From a virus, in IMG/VR virus record IMGVR_UViG_3300023504_000019, positions 1 to 37,873 of that record: a DNA stretch of 37,873 nt; one strand, 5' to 3'. This document shows positions 30,845-37,873 of the stretch, piece by piece. The position numbers and the translations under genes are program-made. The first letter of the stretch is position 1. Each line of letters begins with the position of its first letter. The notes beneath the pieces were generated by a model. It did not search any database and was not told where the DNA came from. It saw only the letters and a list, made by a program, of their open reading frames with translations.

Positions 30845-33380
30845 ATTCCCTTATAAATGCCATATTTGAGGCTACATCGTTGAACTCCTGCACCGAAACA
30901 ACCGGATTCGGAACGTTTTCCACCCCTTGTACGAATGCGGCGGCTATCTGATTAATCGTTTTATCCGATAAATCTACCGTATTCTTCGACATTTGGCGGT
31001 TCAAAGTGGTGTACGAGCTAGTACTAAGTACGTCAAAACCGCCTCCTTGTGCGTATTTATACGCATTAGACCTACCGAATGAACGTCCTCCGTACTGTTG
31101 GTTCAGTGCAGACAGCGCATTTATTGCACGGGATGCCGATTTATTAAGGATGTACATGTTCTCTCCTCCTTCGGCTTCGAATTGCTGCCCGTTTGATCCG
31201 GTAAAAGTTACGCCGCCCTGTGAATGCGGTGCACCAAATACCGTACCACCTTTGGCAAATTTCCGTGTAGAGGCTTGTGTCTTCGGGACATCATCTTTTA
31301 CCTTCATGATGGAGGCTACTTGTTTCAGACCCGCCGCAATAACGATCGCCGCCTGTGCTACTCCCCAAATACCACCCTGCGCAATCGCCTTAGATGCACC
31401 TAGATAGGTATTGATCGTTGCCTGCGCTACGGCGAAAATCTTCCCTGCTTCGGATTCCTGTCCTAGCAGGTTAGACATTTGCCCGGCGGTTTCGCTTGCC
31501 ATAGTCAATTCAGCGTTATAACGAGCGGCGGCGTTCTTCCGTTTCAGTTCGTTATACTTCTGTTCGATAAGTGCGGTGTTAGCTCCTATCTTCTCGGCGT
31601 TCGCAATCTCCTGCGCCATCTGAGCATCTAGTTGCATCTGTCGCAACTCGTACTCGTTTGATATGTTCTGCTCGGCGATTACTCGGCGGTTCTCGGCGTT
31701 CATAGCCTCGGCTTGTTTCTTCCGTTCCGCCTCCTGCTGTTCCAAAGCGTAGGTCTTTTCCTGCAAAGAAACCTGCATCTCATACTTAGTGTTATCGAAT
31801 TCCTGTTGCGTAATTAGTCCTTGCTCCAAACGAAATCGTTCTTTCGCCAAGATAGCTTGGTTTATCTCGTTTTGGTCTTCGATGGCTTTCCGCTTGTCAA
31901 TGACGCCGATGTTACTTTCCCGAATCTTAAGTTGCAGCTCGGTTATGCCCGTCTCGTAGCTTTTAAGAACCTCCGCCTGTATCGCTTTCGCTTTCGCTGC
32001 TGCTGCTTTCTCGGCATCCTCCTTCGCTTTCTTGGCGTCCTCGGCTGCTTTCTTATCGGCGGCCGCTTTCGCTGTCGCTGCCGCCTTGTTTGCGGCTGCT
32101 ACGGCGGCTATATCCGCTTTCTCTAGCCCCGAGACTTGACTAGTCAGTTCCTTTCGTTGTGATAGGTACTGTGCTCTCTTTTCTTCCAAAGCTGCCAACG
32201 CCTCTAGCTCCTTCCGACGGTCTTCGTCCGTGGTGTAGCTCAATGAGTTTTGCGTTTTGATCTGCTGGTATTTTGCCTCTAGTATTTTCAGTTCCGCCGC
32301 TTCCATCTCCCGGGAAATTCTTAAGGCTTCATTGGCGGCTGCTTGCCGATCTTTCGAGGATTTAGTTTGATCTGCTAGGATAGCCTTTTGCGCCTCCATT
32401 TCCCGCCGTTGCCGGGCTAGCACGACTATTAGGTCCGATTCGGCATTATAGATGTCCCGCTCAACCTGTACCATCCCTTTAGCCGTGTTGATGGCTTCTA
32501 CTGTTTCGTCCGAGATCAGTCCCAACCAATTGTAGACCTTTATGTAGGCTTCCGCCAGCCACTCGAAAACCTTCACAATTTCGGCAAACAGAGCCGCCAC
32601 CGCATCAAGTACTTTCGCGATGATCAACTGAATCGGTGCAAGAATCGTTTTAACGGACGTAGCTAGTTCGTTATTGCGGTCCATTAGCTTTCCAATAGTC
32701 GAGATCAGAAACAGGACAGCCGAAGCGATAGCGACAAATGGATTCGCCATCAACGCGGCGTTGAAGGCTTTCACGGATGCGATGCCGCCCGACATACCTT
32801 TCACCATCATTCCGGTTGCACCCGTCAAGCCACCCAAGCTACCCGTAGTTTTCTCTATATCCTCGGCATAGTTACCCACGTTTCGGCGCGTGTCGCCTAC
32901 CCCTTTTTCCAAGTCCTTAAGCCTGTCGGATAGTTCTTTGGTTTGGGCTACCAGTTCTTTCCCGTACTGTCCTGTGGTGCGCTCGGCAACTGACATCTTA
33001 TTCAATTCAATGGTGTTCTTCGCCACCTTTGCCCGCAATGTTTCTACGGTTTCGGCTTGACTGTTCATCACCGTGGTGGTAGCCTTAATCGTCCCGTTAA
33101 CCGCTTTTAGGTTGCTGTTGGTTGCGTCTAGGTCTTTTTGAAAACCTGCAATGGTGGCTGATGATTTGGCCAGGGCTTTCTCATAGGCTGTTTGGTCTAT
33201 GAGATTATCCCGGTAATTCTGACGAGCACCTGCGAGGGCTAGCTTCTCGGCGTTTATCTGCTTGGTTAACTGCGCCTTTTGATCGGACAGTTCCAACGAC
33301 TTGGCGATGAGTTTATCCAGTCCGTCCACGGCGTCCGCCGTGTTAAACGAAAGGTCTAATAATGTAACGTTCTCTGCCAT
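30834..33380 (-). CDS. Tail tape measure protein (848 aa)
   Basis: Long coiled-coil and Ala/Lys/Glu-rich stretches. Hydrophobic blocks (MANPFVAIASAVLFLISTIG; GIWGVAQAAIVIAAGL). C-terminal KFAKGGTVFGAPHSQGGVTF motif. Largest helical ORF in the late arc. No sheath gene is seen, so the tail is presumably non-contractile. Confidence 0.8.
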   Translation of the reverse strand: MAENVTLLDLSFNTADAVDGLDKLIAKSLELSDQKAQLTKQINAEKLALAGARQNYRDNLIDQTAYEKALAKSSATIAGFQKDLDATNSNLKAVNGTIKATTTVMNSQAETVETLRAKVAKNTIELNKMSVAERTTGQYGKELVAQTKELSDRLKDLEKGVGDTRRNVGNYAEDIEKTTGSLGGLTGATGMMVKGMSGGIASVKAFNAALMANPFVAIASAVLFLISTIGKLMDRNNELATSVKTILAPIQLIIAKVLDAVAALFAEIVKVFEWLAEAYIKVYNWLGLISDETVEAINTAKGMVQVERDIYNAESDLIVVLARQRREMEAQKAILADQTKSSKDRQAAANEALRISREMEAAELKILEAKYQQIKTQNSLSYTTDEDRRKELEALAALEEKRAQYLSQRKELTSQVSGLEKADIAAVAAANKAAATAKAAADKKAAEDAKKAKEDAEKAAAAKAKAIQAEVLKSYETGITELQLKIRESNIGVIDKRKAIEDQNEINQAILAKERFRLEQGLITQQEFDNTKYEMQVSLQEKTYALEQQEAERKKQAEAMNAENRRVIAEQNISNEYELRQMQLDAQMAQEIANAEKIGANTALIEQKYNELKRKNAAARYNAELTMASETAGQMSNLLGQESEAGKIFAVAQATINTYLGASKAIAQGGIWGVAQAAIVIAAGLKQVASIMKVKDDVPKTQASTRKFAKGGTVFGAPHSQGGVTFTGSNGQQFEAEGGENMYILNKSASRAINALSALNQQYGGRSFGRSNAYKYAQGGGFDVLSTSSYTTLNRQMSKNTVDLSDKTINQIAAAFVQGVENVPNPVVSVQEFNDVASNMAFIRESAL

Positions 33381-33384
33381 ACTG

Positions 33385-35085
33385 TTAAATATTTAACTTA
33401 GTTAATTTAATCTTGCAATCACCCGTAGCAACCGAATAGTCCGACACCGAACGGATGTAAAACCACGATTTGAAAGCATCCAACCAAATCGCACCATCCG
33501 GTCTGTATAACTTCTTAAACCGGAAAAACGGGATATTGGCATTTATCGTCACATCAATACCCGACTTAAACAGGTCATAGTATTTACGGAACGTGTTATA
33601 CAAGTAGTTGTTTGAGTAAAAATAATCAGCAACTACGTTTGTACTGGTGTTAAAGAACATCGCCCGTGGTAGTGTTTGGTCCATCTTGTATGGAAGTTCC
33701 GCCGTAAACACTTCGGCACGAGTAGTGAACATCCCACGTGTCACCGTGTACCACACGTTTTTCTCACCGATCTTGCCGTTTATACTGTTGGCGAATCCGG
33801 ACGAATCCTCTATCTTCTCCGTGCTCACATAGAACTCGCTCCAATCCTGTAAGGTCGTTCCGTTTATCCCCTTCCGGAATCCTGCGGTCGTTATGTCCGC
33901 ATGCAGAAGGTCACGGATATACAGGCTTACTTTTCCGGTGTCCGTTATGGTGAATTCATAAGTCCACATCATAGCCTTGCAAAAGCCATCCAGTAACTCC
34001 CTAGCCGATTCAGTTCCCAATCCCCCATTGATCGTGGTGTTCCCGCCGCCCGATACGCTAATGATTTTAAGAGGAATGCGGAACGCCGCCTCTGAATCCA
34101 TATCTTCGGGTGGGTGCACGTCTAGCGCTATGGTATTGCTCAACGTGGTTAGGTACATCCCGGTGTACGGAGTAGTCCCGCTTATGCGAATCTGTGGACT
34201 AGACGTGTTAGTGACATACCGGATGTGTGTCTTATCGGTTAAGTCGCCGACAGGTGACAGGGAAATAACCACCTGCTTGTGTGTCTTGTCACGCACCGCC
34301 AAGCTAACCGGAGTACCCGCCAAGAATGATACGTCTAGTATTACTTCCTGCGGAATTGACAGGTCACAGAACAGTGTGTCGTAGTTCCCTAGTGTCGGAA
34401 ATGAGGCGGGGTCACGGACAGCGTATTCCATGATGTCGATATCATTATTAAGGTACTTCGTTCCGGCGTCCGTATTCATCGCAAACCGGAAAGCTAGCGT
34501 TATCGCTTGCCCTACATAAACGTCTGTCATTGGTTTGGTTTCGTAGGTGGTACGGATGATTGGCTGCATGTTATCAGCGTAATACGGGAAGTATACGTTT
34601 AATCCGGGTGCGTTGAACGAATCAGCGATCACCCGGTTAAGGTTCACATTGTACGCTCCGCCCACGCCTGCGCCTCTGATATCGGCATGCGACAAAATGC
34701 GGCTAGGTAGTTGTTCGGCGGTTACTGCTGTCTGTGACAGGGCTATGTCGTAGCCCGTTTCCTTGCACGTTACCTTCGCCCGGAAATCACCGGGAATTTG
34801 AACGTTTCCGATGAATACCTGCGCCGTGTACCCGTTCAAAACCTTAATCACTTCATTGCCGGGTAACAGCCATGTTTCGGTGAGATAGTCACGGGGTATC
34901 ATACCGAAATGCCGCATGCCCTTGAATATTTGGTCGTTGTTCGCCGACCTCGGAACGGTGATGGTTCCGGAGTAGGAGCGGGTAGGCTGTGACATCGTGT
35001 AAGGGTCGGCTGACACAACGGATAACTTTAAGTCACCCGTTACGCCGTCCAACATCCGTCTATTTATCATTATTCCTAGTTCCAT
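33385..35085 (-). CDS. Tail tip / baseplate hub-like protein (566 aa from MELGIM)
   Basis: Adjacent to the tape measure. Large and beta-rich. The ATG at 35085 shares one base with the upstream TGA; the track start at 35088 is a TTG. Function inferred from position only. Confidence 0.35.
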   Translation of the reverse strand: MELGIMINRRMLDGVTGDLKLSVVSADPYTMSQPTRSYSGTITVPRSANNDQIFKGMRHFGMIPRDYLTETWLLPGNEVIKVLNGYTAQVFIGNVQIPGDFRAKVTCKETGYDIALSQTAVTAEQLPSRILSHADIRGAGVGGAYNVNLNRVIADSFNAPGLNVYFPYYADNMQPIIRTTYETKPMTDVYVGQAITLAFRFAMNTDAGTKYLNNDIDIMEYAVRDPASFPTLGNYDTLFCDLSIPQEVILDVSFLAGTPVSLAVRDKTHKQVVISLSPVGDLTDKTHIRYVTNTSSPQIRISGTTPYTGMYLTTLSNTIALDVHPPEDMDSEAAFRIPLKIISVSGGGNTTINGGLGTESARELLDGFCKAMMWTYEFTITDTGKVSLYIRDLLHADITTAGFRKGINGTTLQDWSEFYVSTEKIEDSSGFANSINGKIGEKNVWYTVTRGMFTTRAEVFTAELPYKMDQTLPRAMFFNTSTNVVADYFYSNNYLYNTFRKYYDLFKSGIDVTINANIPFFRFKKLYRPDGAIWLDAFKSWFYIRSVSDYSVATGDCKIKLTKLNI

Positions 35086-36077
35086 CAATATACAAATTTT
35101 AAAGTTGCTGTTCTCATTAGTCCCGATGCGGATATCTTGATTCCGGATGTCGTACTTCCCGATACCCTTAACGCCTTGTCATTGGGAAGAATACCCTTAA
35201 CCTGTATGTCCGGGCTAACCGCTAGCCTCGAAAGGGCTGCGAAATTGTCGTTGTTCACGGGCATTATACATGTTATCTCGTTCTTGGTTACCGTACCGCC
35301 TAGCGAATCCCTGCGGATCGTGGGGGTCACCGTCCAGTTATGACACGATATATAATCCATAGACCCTGTGGTGTTCAGCCATCGGAAGGTGATGGCACAT
35401 TCGGAAGGTACAAGCGGCGCATATTTCTTGGTTAGCATCAGCTCTGATGTGCTATCATTCCGCACTTCTAACTTTGTGCTTGTCCCCTGTATGCCGTCCG
35501 GTTCTACTTCGACCCCCTGTCTTTCATAATACAGTCGCACGCCGTCATCGAACTCGTATTCGTAGGTCGTGTTAACGCCTATCGGAGAAATCCAAACTTG
35601 GTCGGAGAACGCATGCGCTACGGGAACTTTCGTGCCTTCGCCGTTAAGGAAGTCCGTACCATTCATGGCCTTTGCATTCCGAAGGTTCGGAGCGTCAATG
35701 TTCATAACAGGGATGCGGAAGTAATATTGCTTCAATGCTCCGTTTGGATTCACCGTGAACAAAAGGGTAACGGATCTTGCCGCCTGCGTTCCGGTGCTCG
35801 TTTCTAGGTCCTTCTGAAAAGTGGTGAAATATGAGGCAATAACGCTAAGGTCTATGATGCTGTTATCGAAGATAGGCAAGGTAAGCGTAGCACCCGGTAG
35901 GCTATCCACTACTGCGCCCGCCACTTCTACCCATGAGTTTAGCGGTTCGTCGCTCAACACGTTTATACGGACAAGGCAAGGCTTATTGTAGTGTAGTATC
36001 TGAAATCCTGGCGTGACTACATAAGTCCCGGCAATTCCTGTGATAGTCTGATTCGTTTCAAGTAATTGTATCTTCAT
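35085..36077 (-). CDS. Distal-tail / baseplate-like protein (330 aa)
   Basis: Position within the tail block and beta-rich composition. No motif recognised. Confidence 0.3.
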   Translation of the reverse strand: MKIQLLETNQTITGIAGTYVVTPGFQILHYNKPCLVRINVLSDEPLNSWVEVAGAVVDSLPGATLTLPIFDNSIIDLSVIASYFTTFQKDLETSTGTQAARSVTLLFTVNPNGALKQYYFRIPVMNIDAPNLRNAKAMNGTDFLNGEGTKVPVAHAFSDQVWISPIGVNTTYEYEFDDGVRLYYERQGVEVEPDGIQGTSTKLEVRNDSTSELMLTKKYAPLVPSECAITFRWLNTTGSMDYISCHNWTVTPTIRRDSLGGTVTKNEITCIMPVNNDNFAALSRLAVSPDIQVKGILPNDKALRVSGSTTSGIKISASGLMRTATLKFVY

Positions 36078-36508
36078 TTCAATAAGATGTTAGAAATTTT
36101 AGCGTTGATGATCTTGTAAAAGTCCGTGGTTAACCGCTTTATCCTTTGCTCATTTAGAACATCAGAAACGACCGTTCCGGAGTTATGTTTGTTAGGAACT
36201 TTTATCCCATCCCGTTTGATGACATAGGCGATGGCGAATGCGGCTTCTTCCGGGATGTTCGTTCCGGCTGTCCGGTTCTTGTCCTGTATCCACTTCTTAA
36301 TAGCAGAAACGGGCGGGAAAGCACCAGCCTTCCTACCCAATTCCATCTGATACACATGCGCCGGAGCTGTGATCGTTACCCGGTTGCCCAAATCATTAAC
36401 CTTTAGTTCCCGTCCGAACTCGCCGGATGCGACTAGACCTTTCGAAATGTAACTCTCGAATATCTCCTTTTTAATCTGCTCAACGGCGGCTAGTATATCT
36501 TTATCCAT
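36074..36508 (-). CDS. HK97 gp10-like neck/tail-completion protein (144 aa)
   Basis: YQMELGRKAGAFPPVSAIKKWIQDK resembles the G-R-x-P-G-x-x-P-P...W pattern of gp10-family proteins. Confidence 0.4.
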   Translation of the reverse strand: MDKDILAAVEQIKKEIFESYISKGLVASGEFGRELKVNDLGNRVTITAPAHVYQMELGRKAGAFPPVSAIKKWIQDKNRTAGTNIPEEAAFAIAYVIKRDGIKVPNKHNSGTVVSDVLNEQRIKRLTTDFYKIINAKISNILLK

Positions 36509-36911
36509 AGTTCAATAAATCATCAGTTACAGAGAACGTTACTTGCCACCCCGACTTTTTCGAGTCATAAATGTTCTGAACCTTTCGGAAGATTAGACCG
36601 TCAACTTCGAAATGACAGACAAAAGTACTCATTAGTTTGTTTAAAGCCAAGTCGGTACGAACCAATGTATCAAGTTCCGCCGCGTTATTCTCCATGTAGT
36701 ATGACTTGTCCAAGCACTGCAACACTACGTTGTACTTCCGGGTAGCGGGCGGTAACTTAGACATCCCGCCGTCCGGTACATCGAACGTCAAGAACATTCC
36801 GGAGATGTCATTCACCATTTCATTCACGGTGTAGTTATCTCCGAAATAGATAGGCAAGCCGAGTTTCACGGCTTGCTCATCCATAAAGGTTAATATATCG
36901 CTGAATCTCAT
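36501..36911 (-). CDS. Hypothetical virion protein (136 aa)
   Basis: ATG at 36911 makes an ATGA overlap with the fibre stop. No motif recognised. Confidence 0.35.
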   Translation of the reverse strand: MRFSDILTFMDEQAVKLGLPIYFGDNYTVNEMVNDISGMFLTFDVPDGGMSKLPPATRKYNVVLQCLDKSYYMENNAAELDTLVRTDLALNKLMSTFVCHFEVDGLIFRKVQNIYDSKKSGWQVTFSVTDDLLNYG

Positions 36912-37873
36912 GGTAACTTAATTATTGCGTCACTGTGACCATTAGAACACATACACGACCCCGAATTAAAGTCGTAGCCCATTACCGCATCACCCTGCAA
37001 AACAATCTCCCCTTCTTGGTTTAGGTTCCGGGATAACACGGCGTTGTCGTACATCCGGATTTTAGGACCCCTTATGAACAAAGTAGCAGACCCATAAGGA
37101 ACGATGATTCTCGGCTGTGGTACGAATTCCAACACTAGCCTAGAAGTGGGTATCTCCGATGGAGTTATCGCAGCCGATGGGTCTTTCTGAATAATAACAG
37201 CAAGTAAAGCCATCTCGGCGCTGTTCATCTGTTCGCCTAAACGGAATTTAGTTACTGCGTCTAGCACCCTAATATACCTTGAAAATCCCGATACCGATGT
37301 TCTACTAGATGACTGGGAAACATTTATAGGACGTTTAAGTCTTATAGTGGTTCCGGATGTTGCTTTAATTTCCTCGTAGGTTTTACCTGCGTCTGCTTGT
37401 CCGCCTCCGGCTGTTCCCTGTTCCCAATAATCCACGCTTAACAGAATGTCTTCCGGGCTAGTACGGTCTAGTTCGTTAACTATGTATCTACGATTCTTGA
37501 ATGCTCGAACGTACTTAACGTTTGCTAAAGGAATGTCGGAGTCTTCGATTAACCCGCCCGGTTCAGATGCGGATGTAGCTTTCTTGATAACGATTCCGGC
37601 ATATGCGGCCCCTGCGGGTGCGTAGTTTGACGTACGTCCCCATCCCGGAGAACTTATGAATATACCATTGGAATCGAAGAAATAGCACTCTACCCAATAC
37701 CCCGAATTACAGGTTATAAGTCCTCTCGGTTCAACCGGAAAAGTATCCATTAATCTAAAACGGTTTCCGAGTGTAGTAGAGATCTTAGAATCCTCCCATG
37801 ACTTTCCCACGGTTTGATAAGCGGTTCCACGTTCCCACATGTTCACATCGAACACCCGGTTAACATAAGGATC
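36908..37873 (-). CDS. Tail fibre / receptor-binding protein: C-terminal 303 codons of the 904-aa junction-spanning ORF (37819-37873 duplicates 1-55)
   Basis: Track ORF 36908..37855 starts at an internal GTG. The frame stays open to the window end and continues from 1..1804 once the repeat is collapsed: 1804 + 911 = 2715 nt = 905 codons including the stop. Confidence 0.65.
   Translation of the reverse strand, partial: DPYVNRVFDVNMWERGTAYQTVGKSWEDSKISTTLGNRFRLMDTFPVEPRGLITCNSGYWVECYFFDSNGIFISSPGWGRTSNYAPAGAAYAGIVIKKATSASEPGGLIEDSDIPLANVKYVRAFKNRRYIVNELDRTSPEDILLSVDYWEQGTAGGGQADAGKTYEEIKATSGTTIRLKRPINVSQSSSRTSVSGFSRYIRVLDAVTKFRLGEQMNSAEMALLAVIIQKDPSAAITPSEIPTSRLVLEFVPQPRIIVPYGSATLFIRGPKIRMYDNAVLSRNLNQEGEIVLQGDAVMGYDFNSGSCMCSNGHSDAIIKLP
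37819..37873. repeat. Terminal direct repeat, right copy (identical to 1-55)
   Basis: Exact 55/55 match to the first 55 bases. A length of 55 is typical of an assembler k-mer overlap on a circular contig. Confidence 0.95.

Noticed and set aside
31950-32110. Repetitive gct/gcc/ttc-rich DNA inside the tape-measure gene as a possible repeat element
   Set aside because: It simply encodes an Ala/Lys-rich coiled-coil stretch (AAATAKAAADKKAAEDAKKAKEDAEKAAAAKAKA). It is low-complexity coding sequence, not a discrete repeat.
37819-37873. The 55-bp repeat as a genuine biological direct terminal repeat
   Set aside because: The length equals a common assembler k-mer. The repeat lies in the middle of a coding sequence with no packaging-signal features. 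I cannot exclude a real repeat without read-terminus data, so it is reported as a closure signal only.

Overview
The window is a complete, circularly closed genome of a tailed dsDNA phage. Bases 1-55 recur exactly at 37819-37873, so the unit length is 37,818 bp. The linearisation is arbitrary and cuts through a 904-aa tail-fibre gene. All roughly 60 credible genes lie on the minus strand, tightly packed, many with ATGA-type stop/start overlaps.

Two non-coding blocks (6330-7294 and 23095-23678) split the circle into two arcs.

(1) Early arc, 15.8 kb, transcribed 23094 -> 7295. It encodes a small HTH protein, a very acidic protein, a DUF2800-type PD-(D/E)XK nuclease, a DUF2815-type SSB-like protein, a family A DNA polymerase, a PrimPol/VirE primase-helicase, a VRR-NUC nuclease and an SNF2 helicase. 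About 25 small ORFans accompany these, including zinc-ribbon, Cys4, membrane and secreted proteins.

(2) Late arc, 20.5 kb, transcribed 6329 -> 1 and continuing 37818 -> 23679. It encodes terS, terL, two mosaic fibre proteins, neck/baseplate-like proteins, an 848-aa tape measure, a protease-scaffold fusion, the major capsid protein, three tandem 175-aa paralogues, the portal and a holin/amidase/spanin-like cassette.

I recognise no integrase, repressor, tRNA, CRISPR array, reverse transcriptase or methyltransferase.

Six intergenic sites match the Bacteroidota promoter grammar (TTTG/TTTC, 20 nt, TAnnTTTG), five with a TTTG or TTTC -33 element at exactly 20 nt and a sixth (P4) only near-consensus, which points to a Bacteroidota host. 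Four of them are copies of one roughly 65-bp cassette.

The least explained structure is a pair of paralogous, same-orientation non-coding modules packed with GATAG-core iterons (GGATAGAT and variants). Each sits just upstream of the first promoter of one arc. They could be replication origins or a regulatory switch.

All function calls rest on motifs I could read in the translations. No database search was possible.
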